This document shows, in pieces, positions 1-13,974 of a DNA stretch of 64,000 nt. Positions within the stretch are counted from its first letter, which is position 1, and each line of letters opens with the position of its first letter. The DNA comes from Lama guanicoe. Taxonomy: Eukaryota. A program made the translations under genes and the position numbers. The notes below the pieces were generated by a model, which saw only the letters and a program-made list of their open reading frames with translations, searched no databases and had not been told where the DNA came from. The DNA is taken from contig MU054220.1 of assembly GCA_013239625.1 (NCBI GenBank), forward strand, positions 8,591,367 to 8,655,366, in the 5' to 3' direction.

Positions 1-285
1 TCAGCCAAACTTCAGAAAGTTTTCCCTCTGGGGCCAGATATAGTCTCAGAATTTTTCCAAATACTCTTCTCCTAGTAGTTATGACAGATCAACTGAAATG
101 GCCAGTCTAAACAAAGCTGGTTTCTTTTCCTAGCCTGGCTAGGATCTAAGGAAACTTCTAACTCAATATATGCATCTAATTCTAGTAAACTTGCTTCATT
201 CTAATAATGCTTGTTCATTTAGTCAACAAAAAGTTATTTAAAACCTACCAGTGATACAAAATGTGCAGGGCATTAAGATCACTAA

Positions 286-330
286 GGAGGAGGGGAGGAG
301 GGGAGGGGAGGAGGGGAGCGGAAGGAGGAG
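286..330 (+). repeat. Polypurine (GGA/GGGGA) tract
   Basis: ggaggaggggaggaggggaggggaggaggggagcggaaggaggag; GGGG runs at 292, 300, 305 and 313. Confidence 0.9.
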
Positions 331-1409
331 ATAAATTGATCGTGGCCCCTTGTTTGGAAGAATTTATGGACTAATGGCGGCAGAAGCAGGAGAGACAGGT
401 AACAAATGGCCACATGGCTTCCAAAGAAATAGCTATATATTTTTTCAAATACCCATATTTTTCCTTTCCTCAAGGATTTCTCTTGTTTTGACTTCGAAAT
501 TAGGAGCAATCCTGTGCACCAATTTGCCATACTGCAGTCATTTTTCTTCCAACAGATGGTGTACTACTTAAGAGTTATCAAAAGCATCAGATAGAAGAAT
601 GCTTACAAAATGGATACTAGAATTCACATCAGTTTCTACAGAGCAATGGCGGGAGTCCCTGTGACATGTCTGCTATTGACGTGTCTCTTAACGTTAAGTC
701 TTCTGTCATAGAGACAAATCATTTCCACCACGTCTATCGACATAAAACACGCAAGAGTGAAAAGAAAGGGGAGGGGAGCCTGAGGATTATAGTGTTTGTG
801 GCAGAGAAAGCAGCATGTTTCTAAACCAGTTAAATTAGTCTTGGGTTTAAGTGAGTTAAATCACTGCCCGTAACTAACTGCATATTAAAATATGAGACAG
901 GGGTTCAGTCTTTAAAACATTAAGAACATAAAGCAGAAGTTCTCAGTGGAGAGGTAATATAAAAATTGCCTAGGTAACATTTTAAAATATTTTTGAACAT
1001 GTCTTCATAGTGCTTAAAATTAATTGTGGCAAACCATGTTGGATTGAGCTAGGGTAGAACTATCCACATTTTTGATCTATGTATTTTCAGGTCTCTGTAT
1101 CCAAACTTAGTCACACGTTGAACTGACAAAGGAATAGTATTAAAATCTTCATAACCCCTGTGTTTTTCTTAAAGCAGAGTTCATTGAATTTTTGTTGTTG
1201 TTGCTCAGGGCTATTGAATTTTCTAGTTAACAATCACCTGGACTTACTATATCTTGTCTTTAAGATTCTGATGCATTTTTCTTAGGGGAATGCTGGTGCA
1301 AATAAATGACATTAAATACATTATCAAGATCTGTTGGGCTAGTGACTATCTGAACGTTGCAGCAAAAAGAAAAGAAGAAAAGAAAAAGAACGATTGTTGA
1401 GATACAAAC

Positions 1410-1630
1410 TAGCAGAATGTGTATTAATTCGAAGTCCAAGTTTTGAAGCTGGACATGGGTAGGTTCTAACCTGCATTCTGTCACTTATCAGTAGTGTGAC
1501 TGACCTAGTTAAACACTCCAAACTTTAGCTTTCTCATGTGCAGGTGGAAAGAATTATATCAACGCAACTCCATCAATTTTTGTGACGTTTACAAAATAGA
1601 CTATATATAAAGCACGAATGTGATATGTGT
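1410..1630 (+). mobile_element. MIR SINE, degenerate
   Basis: ggttctaacctgcattctgtcacttatcagtagtgtgac...tttctcatgtgcaggtggaa resembles the MIR core. Confidence 0.6.
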
Positions 1631-2364
1631 CCTCAAAAGAGTGATTATTGTCATTTGCTCTCCCAAAGTGCACCTCCCAATAATGGAAATTTGGATATAA
1701 CACAAATGGCATTTGGCTCTTATCCTCTGCAGTTACTCAAAATGATCATTCCATCAACCTCGACAATGCATGGTATGTGACTGAATGTTTGAGCACGAAT
1801 TACAACATCTTGGCAGGGCTTTGCTCTACCACGCCCGTTTAATTTAGGAAAGAGCCTGTACTGTTGCAGTCAGGAGGGTAAATTCATTTATCTTGCACAG
1901 TGCATTTTTGGACAGAATAATAATCCTGATTGTTTTTTTTTTTTAATCTGCAAAATGGGAATAATCACACCTAGTAAACTTAGATGAGCTACACCACAAC
2001 TGATAGAATTCTATTCCACCAACAACTCCATCTCACAGTACACGGACTGTAACTTCCCAGTATCGTTTTTCACTGTGAAAAGACTTTCTGTGGCTTCTTG
2101 GATTTACAGCATAACTAATTATTCATTTCAGCACATAGGACGTGTTAACAAGTTAAAAGGACAGTATCAGCACTGTACTTCAGCAGCTGGTATCCTGCTG
2201 TTCTACAAAAAAAAATGTGCTTTAGCTTCACTAAACTCTACAGAGAATTCAGTAGATCCAGTCTGGTTTAACTTTGACTTTTACTGAAGTTTCCTCTCCA
2301 AATGAATGAAAGATGACATTCAAAATACCTCTTGAGTATAACTGCGTGATTTCTGAAGCTTCGC

Positions 2365-2651
2365 AAGCAGAAACAGACTCATAGACTTAGAAAACAAACT
2401 TACGGTTACCAGTGGGGGTCGGGGGTGCAAAGGGATAAATTGGGAGTCTGAGATTTGCAGATACTAACTACTATATATAAAACAGATAAACAACAAGTTT
2501 CTCCTGTACAGCATAGGGAAGTCTATTCAATATCTTGTAGTAACCTAGAATGGAAAAGAATATGAAAAGGAATATATGTATGACTGAAACATTACGCTGT
2601 ACACCAGAAACTCACACAGCATTGTAAACTGACTACACTTCAATTAAAAAA
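2365..2651 (+). mobile_element. 5'-truncated L1, 3' UTR only (cetartiodactyl/camelid type)
   Basis: aaacagactcatagac...ggataaattgggag...gctgtacaccagaaact...tgtaaactgactacacttcaattaaaaaa; homologous to the L1 ends near 19.1, 23.4 and 29.8 kb. Confidence 0.88.
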
Positions 2652-3440
2652 CAATGGAAAAGAAAGAAGAACAATAATACAGGTAACATAAAGCTGAAAC
2701 AACATGGCCAAAAAAAAATTGATTAGGAAGTTATTCAGCCTCTTAATAATATCTGTCTTTCTATAACTTAAGGCCAGACATATACTGGGACAGATTTTTT
2801 TTTCAGGATACCTATATACGTATTTTTTGCATTTTCACTGAAGAATGAACACCAGCTGTTATTTTTCCTTCTTGATCTAGTCCACTGTTACCACACTTCT
2901 GGTAGATACATCAGATTGATGAGAGCAGCTGTGGCAAACCACTATCTATTTCTTTCTCATTTTAAATGTACTGATTCAGCCAATTGCACTGTATGATTTA
3001 GAAAAGAAAAATACCCTGTGATGGGCCTAAGAGGGCTTAAGAAACATCACTGCAATTCTGAAAACGCTTTTGCTGTCTGTTTTATACCAGCCTCTGTCGA
3101 GAATACCTATAGAGCAGGTTTAATACATTATGGTATAATCTTAAACCTCAACACAATGGGAGGAACACTACAGCTTAGTAGTGAATGAAGCAATATTGGA
3201 TTCTTCGTGTCTATTACAACACACTTTCCTACTGATGCATGCCCCTTAAGTTTTATTTCATTTTTTGGCCTTTAACAAAAAAGGATTTTGATTATTCAGA
3301 AGCAGCTGCATTTTTTACCTATACTCTTCCAGCAAACAGTTCAACATACTCCCGGAAGGAACTGAAACTTTCAGAAGAAGATATGAGAAATTCAAGGGAA
3401 AAGTAATGATAACCAAGGCTAGGTACTTCCTCCCTCACAC

Positions 3441-3444
<4 letters not shown>

Positions 3445-3480
<36 letters not shown>
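3445..3480. repeat. (CA)18 microsatellite
   Basis: Perfect CA run, read directly. Confidence 0.97.
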
Positions 3481-3482
<2 letters not shown>

Positions 3483-3689
3483 TCTTTTGCTTTATGATCA
3501 AGCTCTACTCTTCAACATCAGTAGGTGTTGAATTTTCTACAGAACGTATTCATGGATTTAGAAGCTCCACTGTTTATGCAAATTATAATATTAAGGAAGT
3601 GGTGTGACTGTGACACAAATATGGAAGTCAGTGCTGATTTATATTGTTATTGTATGTGCCTAAATTTCCCCGTGGAAGAGCTCTTCATT

Positions 3690-4350
3690 TTTCCCATTCA
3701 TTTGCTCATTTAACAGCAATTTATTAAATGCCTAATGTGCGCTACCAGGTGCCGCCACAAGGTCCAGGACATAGATAATAAGAAATAGAAGATATACCCT
3801 TCTCCTTCCCTGGGGGTTTTGCCCTTTGGTAGGGCACACAAGTACTCATCACATGATCACAGACATATGTAAGTACAGGCGGTAGGAAATGCTAGGAAGG
3901 AGGGATAGTCACCTTCGTAGGAACATGTAACAAAGGAGCCTGACCAGGACATGAGAGAGTTTACCGAAAGTAAATTGAAAAATAAAGGACATCAAAGCAT
4001 ATAAATGGATGTTAATCAGAAAGACAGAAGTACACTTTATGTACAGAAATTCTATGGACATATTTTTAAATGCACTGTGGGATGGTACTGTAGGCTTGAG
4101 AGAATAAAAATAGTAATAAATAATTTTAAAAATAAAACATCAAAAAAAAGAAATATTGACATACGAAAAACAAAAACAAACAAAAAAAATTGCTGGCATG
4201 GGGCTTGAGAGAGAGAGACTCTCTACAATGCAATTTGAGAAGATGGTGGGAAGCCAATCATGTAGAAACGATAGACTATGGTAAGGATGTTGCATTTATC
4301 ATATAAGCAATGAGGAGATACTGAGAGATTTGAATCAGAGGGTCCAGTCA
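3690..4350 (-). mobile_element. L2 LINE 3' region, degenerate
   Basis: ttcatttgctcatttaacagcaatttattaaatgcctaatgtg is the reverse of the L2 3' terminus; ctatggtaaggatgttgcatttat...gatttgaatcagagg is also L2-like. Confidence 0.55.
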
Positions 4351-4594
4351 AGGTGATTTATATGCATGTGTTTTCATGTGTGTTCACAATACTTAGTTTT
4401 ATGCAAAGGACATTTGTGTTCCAATAGGGACAATGTACTTCTTCCTTATAAATTCATAAATAATCACTTCTTTTGTTTCTGTTTACATTGTAAAATTCCT
4501 TTATAATTGCTTTCCTGTTGGAAAAGATTTTGAAAGTGCAGTATCATGTATTTTTAAAATATGCACATATAACAGTATACATAATAACCTGCCA

Positions 4595-6750
4595 AAACCC
4601 AAAGCACGAGGCCCATGTGGTTTCAAGGTGAATTTTACTAAACATTTAAAGAAGATTATTTCAGTTTTTCCAAAAAAAAAAAAAAAGAAGAAGCAGCAGC
4701 AGCAGAGGGAATACTTCCAACTGCGAAGCCAGCATTATACTAAGAGCCAAACAAGGTAAAACATTACAAGAAAGGAACTCTGCACACCAATATCCCTCAT
4801 GGATATAGATGCAAAAATCCTAAAAAAAAGTTTTAGCAAATTGAATCCAAAAATGTACAAAAAGAATTATACTCAAAGATCAAGAGGGATTTATTCTAGA
4901 CATGCCAGTCTGGTTCAACACTTGAAAATTAATTAATGTAATCCATCACATCAGCAAACTCAAGAAGAAAACTCACACAATCATATTGATAGATGCAGAA
5001 AAAGGATTGACAAAATCCAACACCCATGCATGTAACAAACTCTCAGAAAAGTAGGAATAGAGGCAAACGTCCTCAGCTCCATCTAGCGTACTTAACAAAA
5101 AAGCCTCATGCTAACAAGACAATTCATGGGGAGAAACTAGATGATGCCCTTCCCTGAAGACTGAGAACACAGCAGGGTTCTTCCCTCTCACCACTCCTGT
5201 GCACTATTGTACTGGAAATGCTAGCTAAACCAGTAAGAGAAGAAAAGAAAAGGTATACCGATAGGGAAAGGAGAAATAAAACTGTCTTGTTTGCAGACGA
5301 TGCTATCATCCATGTGAAAATCCCAAGGAATCAAAAAGAAAAAAACAAAAGACAAAAACTTCTGGAACGAACAAGCAATAGGAGCAAGGCTAGGGGATAT
5401 AAGATGAATACACGAAAATCAATTGTTGTCCTCTATACCAGCCATGAACAATTGAAATTTCAAATAAAAGACTTAGCACCCTAAAAATGAAATACTTAGG
5501 TGAAAATCTAACAAAATATGTACAAGATCTAAGATGAAAAATACAGAACTATGAAGAAAGGAACCAAAAAAGAACCAAATGTATGAATGGTATTCCATGT
5601 TTATGCATAAAAAAATCAATATTGTTAACATGTCAGTTCTTGATTAAAAGCATTCCTAATTAAAAAATTCAGCAGGTTGCTTTGTAGATACCAACAAACT
5701 GATTCTAAAATTTATACAGAAAAGCAAAAGACCCACCAGAGCCAACATAATACTGAAGGAGAACTAACTCAGAGGACTGGCATTACCCAGTTTCAAGACA
5801 TGTTGTAAAGCTATAGGAATCAAGACAGTGTGGCATTGGGGAGAGAGTAAACAGCCAGTGGGACAGAACAGAGAGCCCAGAAACAGAAGCACACAAATAC
5901 AACCACTGGTCTTTGACAAGGGAGCAAAAGTGATACAATGCAGCAAAGAAAATGTCAGTGAACGCCAAAGAGCAAAAAAGGAATCTAGACGCCGACCTTA
6001 CACCCTTCCTGAAATTAACTCCAAGGGGACTGTAGACCAAGTGTAAAATGCAAAACTATAAAATTGCTAGAAGATCACATAGCAGAAAATCTAGATGACC
6101 TTGGATTTGACAATGAGTGTTTAGGTACAACTTTGAAAGCACGATCCCTGAACGAAAAAAAATGGATAATTTAGATGCCATTATAATTAGAGACTTCTGC
6201 TCTGTAAAAGCCACTGTTAAGAGAATGAAAAGTCAAGCAACAGACTGGGAGAAGTCTTTGTAAAACCCAAGTCTGATAAAGGACTGGTAGTCAAAATAAA
6301 TAAGGTGCTCTTCGAATTCAAAAATAAGGAAATTAAAAAAAAAAACCTGAGTAAATAAAAACTATCTGAACAGACACTTCACCAATCAAGATACACAGAT
6401 GGCAAACAAATACATGAAAATATGTTCAACATCATGTGTCGTTAGCGAATTGCAAATAAAAACAATAATGAGGTACTACTACACACCTATTTCAATGGTT
6501 AAAACCCAAAATACTGACAACCCTTATTCAAATGCTGGTAGGAACGCAAAATGACGCAGCCACTTTAGAAGACACTTCGGCAGTTTCTTACTAAAGTAAA
6601 CATACTCTTACCATAAGATCCAGTAATTACATTCTTTGATATTTATCCAAATGACTTGAAAACTTACAGCCACATGAAAATCTGTGCACAAATGTTGATA
6701 GTAGGTTTATTCATACTTGTCCCACATTGGAAACAATCAACATTATCCTT
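4595..6750 (+). mobile_element. Decayed L1 ORF2 (RT and C-terminal region), L1MC/L1MB-like, with many stops, frameshifts and internal deletions
   Basis: ggtgaattttactaaacatttaaagaa; ccaatatccctcatggatatagatgcaaaaatcct; LFADD motif in ORF 5218-5484; caagacagtgtggcattgg; cagtttcttactaaagtaaacatactcttaccata. Confidence 0.92.
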
Positions 6751-8159
6751 TAAGAGGCAGTTGAAAAAGAAAAATTGTCATTTATTTTTTCCCTAAAGAG
6801 AAAAAAAAGCACTTAGATTTTGAAAGAGGTGAGCAATTATCTTCAATCCTATCAGTGTAATGAAAGTAATTAATATGCAAGTTGTTTCCTAGAATATGAA
6901 CATTTAAACTTGAATTGTTTATAGAAATTATTACTTTGTTTAAACATATAAAATGTACATAATTTGTCAGATAAGACTAAAGATTTTTTATTATGTAAAT
7001 ATACTATACAATATCCTTTCTTCTATACCTGTTTCCTGAGAAGATCCTAACACCTGTTTTTAGATTCACCTTAAGGAATAAGAAAGAAATGGTGTCTCTA
7101 AATAATACTGAATATCATTTGGTTTCTTTCACTGCTCTCACGTTTATTCAAATACACAGGCAGAAACACACAAACCCTGATACAAGCTTACATTTCTTGT
7201 AGTTTCAGAGCTGTGATTAGGGAAAAAAAGCACAGCCCTCATCTGAAGTAGGAGGCAGCTAACTTTGAATGAGCTGGTAATTAGACTGAGCGTTCTCAGT
7301 TCTTGGGCAGTCAGCTGGAGAGAGAGCTGGTAAACCAGATGCTCTGTAAACCACCTCACAGCTCCATACTATCACCTGTAAACCTTGTGAAACCAGCTCC
7401 AGAAAACTGGAGGGCATGAACACCAAGGTCGACTGCAAACGCAGAGGCCGGTGGTCAAACACTTTCATCTCCCGCCAACAGTCGAAAAGATTTTTCAGTC
7501 TAGATAGGCCTCTTTTCCTAGATTGAATCCTCTCCAAAGGGCATGTGAACTGTTGATAGCCATCCACTCCTCAAGCCAGTTTATTTTCTAAATCCCAGTG
7601 CCTTGGGTGTCTAATATCCACTTTCATTTTCTCCTCTTCGTGGAAATAATGTTCACATTGTTCTGCTGTCCATAAAAAAAAAAAATGTGTAAATGGAAAC
7701 TTAGGAGGAAATTTGTTCTGACACCATGAACAGTAAATAATTTCGGTCTATTTATACTGATGAGGAAGCTGATGGGTTTTCCTTGTCATTTCTGTCTCTC
7801 CGCTGTTATTACTGGCATCTAATTTTGAAAGCACTGTCTGTGAAAAATGATAGCGGTTTCTGGCGTGTTTTAAGAGGAGAGGTCAGTTTCTCATTTCAGG
7901 CATGGACACCAGATTTGCAGACAGCTTGATGGTACTGCAAGGTCCCGTCCAACCCTTTGTCTTCTAGTATGGTCAGTAGCAGCCTTCTCATTTATAAATC
8001 GTTTTTTTTTAATAAATGGATTTTTATACATTAAAAAAAATAAAATTGTTTATCTTATTTTGCACTCCACCTGCTGCAGCTCCCTTTTCTTACTGTCCGC
8101 CTAACTCCATACATTCAGATAAAATCATTACAGGAACTTCACTTTGTGCAATCTAGTAA

Positions 8160-9540
8160 TTTATTCAACACTCAACAACCGAAAAAAGTGGTTTTTGAAC
8201 ATCTACTATCAAACAGGCAATGGATTTAGCACAGAAGCTACACAGGAAGAAAGTTAAGTATAATCTAACCATATGAAGCTTGCATTCTAGATACAAAAAT
8301 AGATGATAATTCAATGGATTATTGACACAGTGGTTATAAATGTTACAAAGAAAATTACAAAGAAAATAAAGTGCTAGGGCAGACAGTAATGACATGGATC
8401 GGGAAGATTTAATTTCTAAATTAAATTTCTGCTAAAGGTAACACTGAAGCTGAAACAGAAGAAAGAGCAAAACAGGCAAACGGGGAAAATAAAACTTCCC
8501 GGTGGAGGCAACGTTGGGTGAACAATGGCTGAGCCAGGAAAGAGCTTAGTAGACGTCAAATCTGAAAGATCAGTAAGGATGTAGTCCATGAGTGACACTG
8601 GAAATTATGCAACATGAGGTAGACAACACAGTGGATCCTGTAAGGAAGGGCTGGTCAGATGGAAGGTTTTAGGAATGAAGTTTCATGATTATTTTTATTT
8701 CACCGGCAGATCATGGAAGTGTTTAGACAGGAAGCAACAGATTTACATTTGGATTTTTAAAAATTAGTTCTTCCTACTGAGTGGTAAATGGATTAGGGTG
8801 AGATCTGGATAACAGTAATTCATGAATGTGAAAATGCTGGATTGGGTTAAGAGAGTAGATAGTGTAGGTACAGAGAGGACCTACTTTGGAAGTTGAATTG
8901 ATTAGATTTGCCGATGGGCTGCACATGAACATGAGGAAAATAAAATAATTGAAATTGACAAATTTCCCCCAAAATCCAGAAAGAGCAAAATCAACACCAA
9001 CTCAATAATTAGTATTTAGTAAGAGTTTACAGTGCATGTAAGAACAGTCCACCAACTGCTGGGAGCCTTTCAATTTAAAACTAATATGAAGCTGAGGGGC
9101 TTGATGTAGGATGGCTTATAAAGTGAGAAGGAAAACGTTGCTCAACCCTTTGAGCGAATGGCTATTGGTGTGGGGGTTTCCAGGTGATGTGGGATTGGTT
9201 AAGAGTGAGAATCACGTATCATTTTTATGAAGATGACTTAAGTTTCTTTTACGATTACCACAGGCATTGACAAGAAATAACCTAAGCTAAGTTTCACTTA
9301 TGTTCTAGCTTCGTTAAACTAGATCTGCTTTTGCTTATGAGGCTTAAACCGTTTTGCCTCCTCAGGGGAATTCTCAAGTTCATTTTCAATTTGTGTTTTT
9401 AATTTTAAAAATTCCTAGGTTTCTGGCATGAGTTGTTGGGATATGATGGGACCATTTCCTGAGGTAGGAAAGCTTACAGCAGAGGCAATGGAAATCAAAG
9501 TCATTTCATCGTCAATTTAATTTTGAGGTAGCTCAGAAAA
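8160..9540 (-). mobile_element. L2 LINE, interrupted by an LTR-like insert (~8955-9390)
   Basis: tttttgaacatctactat at the 3' end; gatcatggaagtgtttagacagg; resumes at ttcctaggtttctggcatgag...ccatttcctgaggtagga. Confidence 0.6.
8955..9390 (-). mobile_element. Old ERV1-class solo LTR (MER90/MER110-like, tentative)
   Basis: aagagtttacagtgcatgtaagaacagt; ataacctaagctaagtttcactta; ggcttaaaccgttttgcctcctcaggggaatt; interrupts the L2. Confidence 0.5.
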
Positions 9541-10299
9541 ATCGACCAGAATAACCCGTACAGTTGTGTACGTCTTTGTAACACAGATACAAAATGGAGC
9601 AACGTGAGATCATTTACTCAGGAATGAAAGAGATTATCTTCTTCCAGAGAGCACATGCTAGCCCTGTGAGCAGCTCAATGCTGAGTGTTTGGAAATAGTT
9701 TAAATTCCATGCCTTCTTGATTCATCCAGATACAAGTGACAAAGAATGTTTTTTTGCATATATATTTATGATAAAGCACCCTTTAATTCAGCTTACGTTT
9801 TTCTTTTATTGTTGTTGAAATGCTGCAGACAGATACCATCCTAAGTTTAAACATATGTAAGTATACCAAAAAAAAATCATATTTTATGAAATCATGGCAC
9901 TGTCCAGTTTTTCAACACTTGCATTTTCACTGAATAATTTCACAATGTTTAGTTTCCTTTTGCTAGTGGAGGCAAAAAAAAAAAAAGAAAAGAAAAAAGA
10001 AATTTTAAACGCTAAAAACGCTAAGACACAGGGGAAGAGAAGTGTTCTTTCTCCAGAAAAAATATATGTACAAACCTAATTTTGCTTTGCAGTTTCTATT
10101 CCCCTCTGCCAAAGGCACACTTCTAAGGAATAATACTATATATAAATCCCTTTATAATGCTGGTGCTGGAGGTAAGGATGTTCCAGCCAGATAAGTAGCA
10201 GGCGCCAACCTTGTGAGGAGGTCCAAGTGTTACAACAGATTTTGACTTGTGTTTGGGGGGAAGGTAGCATCTGAGTGTTTTTTAAGATAAAAGGAAATT

Positions 10300-10430
10300 T
10301 ACAGTCCGTCTAATCTCAGTCCTACAGAAGAAGTAACTGAAGGTCACCGAAAGTTAAGTCGGCTTCTCAAGGTCATACAGCTTAATTAGGGGCCAGTGTG
10401 AAACTTGAGCTCAAGTCTCCAGACTGTGGC
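10300..10430 (-). mobile_element. MIR SINE
   Basis: acagaagaagtaactgaagg...aagttaagtcggcttctcaaggtcatacagct...cttgagctcaagtctccagact. Confidence 0.65.
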
Positions 10431-11009
10431 CCCGATAGCAAACCCCTGATTTCACCCAGCATGTATGGAGCGGCTGTTTCATCAGCGAGCGGCTCCTGAT
10501 CCTGTCTGACTTTTGGAGATACAATTGTTTAATTGGAATTGCAATCCTTGCTCTCTTGTTGTTAAGCAACAAACTCTCTTAGGGCCCAAGGGAGGTCTCT
10601 TCGGAGTTTACGAATATAGGATCATCTCTGGAGATGAGGCAGATCCAAAAACATTTTTACTTTCTTCCACTTCACTCATTGCCAGTCCTTCCAGGCTTTG
10701 AACAACTGCCTCTTTGCCATTGTGACTCTGAGGGTAAGAAAATCAGGGTTTAGAAAAAGCACAAAAATCAGTTATCTCCAACCCACACATTGCTGAGGAT
10801 TTTTTTTTTTTTAATTTCGGCTGTCAGAAATAGCTTGGGATACAAATCATAGGATATGAATTTATATGCACAAGAAATATGAATTTTTTTAATAATTGAT
10901 GGCAATCTTTGTTTAGAACTTCTATTCCGATACAGCATGAAAATCCAGTCTTGGTTAATTGACTATTTCTGCCCATTCCTTAATAACACACAGGTTACGA
11001 GAGCTGACT

Positions 11010-11437
11010 TGTGATACTGAGCAGAGGCAGGTGTGGAAGTTGTGCAGGTGGGAGGTTGAAGGTGTGGCGAGATGGAGGAAGGGACATTCTTGTTCTACCC
11101 TGTTTTCACGAATTGGTCCTTGAAGACTTCTGCATCTTCCTGCTCCTCACGTGATGCTGACTATCTCAATGCTACTTGAGTTGCACTAATCAGATGACAA
11201 AGATAGTCTCTCAGGGGTGAATGCGATCTGTGGCAACACTCCTAAGACCTCCTAAACTGTTCACCAGACAGCCCTTTCTACTCTGGGACCATATGTGTGT
11301 TGTTTTTTAGGAGGTTGTATCATGCAGTCCTGTGGTGACCCAGTTCTGCTCTTAAATTCCCAAGCCTACTTGTGTGTGTGTGTTTCTCACCACCATCCCT
11401 AGGGCTTCCTAGAAGGTACAGCCTGGTGAACAACCAG
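11010..11437 (+). mobile_element. Old LTR-like element (ERVL class, subfamily uncertain)
   Basis: Starts tgtgatac and ends ...gaacaacca; ggaggttgtatcatgcagtcctgtgg and cctagaaggtacagcctggtgaacaa resemble MER77/LTR40-type U5 sequence. Confidence 0.45.
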
Positions 11438-11819
11438 TAACTAAGTTCTCTTTAGTTCAACTCTTACCTCCCCACGGACACAAGTTGAAATTGTGACTGA
11501 GCCCGAGGTCAGCAAAACCTGGAACCTCATCTTCCAGATCTGGTTCTTTGCAAGCTCAAATTTCATCAGGACACGATGTTTTGCAACCCAATGACCATTT
11601 TTAAATTTTCTGCAAAAAGCAACCATTCAAAGAGCAAAGAAAGGGCTACCTAAAAGCTGAGTAGTTGTTTCTGTTTGTTTTTCCCTATGCTGTCAAATTT
11701 CTATTAATTTCGAAATAGTTGAATATCTTCATTTGTGGCCTAAGGATGTTAATTTACGGGAAGATGATTCTTTCACCGGCAGTGCCGCTTCGATGACCTG
11801 CTGTGCTACAAAGAGCTTT

Positions 11820-13045
11820 AATTTTTTTTTTCAGTTTAGACACTGTGTAAAAATAGTACAGAGGTGTCCTATGTCCTACACACCCAGCTTCTCCTCTTGT
11901 TATATCACTAGGATGTATTTGTCACAACCAATGAGCTCACATTGGTGCATTATTATTAACTAAAGTCCATATTTTGTTCGTATTTTCTTAGCTTTTCCCT
12001 AACATCTTTCCGGCTTAATTGTTCCAGGATCCCACAGTACCCTTAGCCATCGTGTCTCCCTGGGAGCCTCTTGGTTGTGACAGTTACTTACACTTCCCTT
12101 GTCTTTCATGACCTTGACAGTTCTGATAACAATTTTTGTCTTCCTGAAAAAGGAATTTTGTAGATCAAAACTGAGATTTGTCTGTTTTTTTTTCATGAGT
12201 AAGATGGGGGTTATGACTTTTGAGGGGGTCAGATGCCATTCTCAGCACAATGGAGCAAGGATTCTTTTACCAACCTGACTTATCACTGAGGATGTTTGCT
12301 TTGATCACCTGGAATAGACGGTGTTGGTTGGGTTTCTGTGCCATAGAGTTGCTCATTTCCCCACTCTTTCTACACAGTGTACCTTGGAAGGGAGCCACTC
12401 TGTGGAGGTCACACTTCATGGGTAGGAGATTATGCTTCGCCTCATTAAGAACAGAATAGCTTGAAATTTTTCTACGTGGAAAATTTGACGCTCCCACCTC
12501 TATTTCTCAATTGAATCTTTTTATATTTGTCATACATATTAATTTTATACTCTGTGTTGTAATTCAATACTACACTGATTTTTTCTTGCTCAGAAGTTCC
12601 AGACCTGAGCACCAGGGGTTCTTTCAGTTGGCTCCTCGGTCCCTTTGTCATTACACGTTGTTTTACTTTTGGAGCACTTACATATTTTCTGGAGCTACAA
12701 GACGTTCCAGGTTCATCCTAAACTATTCCTTCCATCCATTTCTGAAATTGGGCATTTCTTTAAGGAGCCTTGGTTCTCATCTTTGGTTCTAATACCATTG
12801 GAGAATGATGTTAGAAACCAAGCTCTAGGTTCTGGGTATGCTCATTGCTAAAGGAATGTCATCTCGTTGGCTCTCTTAGCAGACAGAGCTAGGAAATAAA
12901 CACACACGTACTAACTTATGTATATACAAATATCTATAATCATATCTGTGTATGTCCTGTATCTTTCTGTCAGTGTCTCCATGAAGCTAAATATGAGTTT
13001 ATACTGATGCCTCTAACTCTAATCCAACACCACATAGGTCATTCA
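11820..13045 (-). mobile_element. Old L1 long 3' UTR (L1MC3/L1MD-like)
   Basis: cattattattaactaaagtccata, gttccaggatccca, catgaccttgacagtt, cagacagagctaggaaata, aagctaaatatgagtttatactgatg. Confidence 0.8.
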
Positions 13046-13194
13046 ATAATGGCTTAGTGTCAACACATCAAGGGACACTATGTAATAACAAGTAATGGGA
13101 AACACATAACACCGTGTGTGGCGGCCACCACATTGCTTATATCTGAGTCAGCTTCACCTGGTGGCTAAGAACAGAAATTTGGGGGCTGCTATGT

Positions 13195-13327
13195 CTGTAT
13201 TTGGATACTGGCTCATGTAACTTTAATTACCTCCTTAAAAGCCTTATCTCCAAATTCAGTTTCCCTGGGGGCTGGGGCTCAAACATGAACAGGGGTGGGA
13301 GTTAGGTACACAATTAAGTCCATAACA
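13195..13327 (-). mobile_element. MaLR MLT1 LTR 5' fragment
   Basis: taattacctccttaaaagccttatctccaaattcag...cacaattaagtccataaca, the reverse of the MLT1 start tgttatggac. Confidence 0.7.
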
Positions 13328-13974
13328 AGGAGATAACCAGGACTATGCATGATTCATGGACCATAGAAATAATTTCATATTTAAACCATGAGACATGGGA
13401 AGCCATTGAAGGAAACTGATATGATTTTTACAATTATACTGATATATGTAAATATGGACAAGCCTTCAAGTGATACAGTTTTAGGGCTTTTCAAAATACG
13501 GCTCGATAGAATCTTCACTCTGGGCACCAATGGGGCTCAGAACATACTAAGTACTCTAGCAATTGATTAAAAATATTCTGAAGAGACAACAAGGAATGTT
13601 TATTATCAAAGGGAATCATAGTGTAGAATGTCACGAAGAAATGCAGGTTTTATAATCCGGATAAATTTTAAAAGTATTTTATAAACACATGTCATCAAAT
13701 TACAAACATCCAGCACACACACACATTGTTAGTCCTTCTTTTACAGTTGCACACTTGGCTGAAACGTCAATGAGTTATCTGTGCCACAGCACAACCCTAT
13801 TCATTGCTGCAAACAGTTATATATTCACATAATTCTAGTTGTCAAAATTTGGAGGATTTTTCACTGGAGTTTTTTTTTTTCGAATCTGCATATTATCTGC
13901 TTCTCAAATTTTGAATGGGTGCCGTCCCTAGAAACACCGGCTGTCGAATTAGAGAGAAAACAAGTACAAACCCT

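Noticed and set aside
3319..3361. Possible 43-nt minus-strand exon (tttcag|...tag|gtaaaa; PSGSMLNCLLEEYR)
   Set aside because: Modest splice signals, unrecognised peptide and no partner exons.
5218..6046. ORFs with the RT motif LFADD and WHW..R..P
   Set aside because: Fragments of a frameshifted ancient L1 ORF2.
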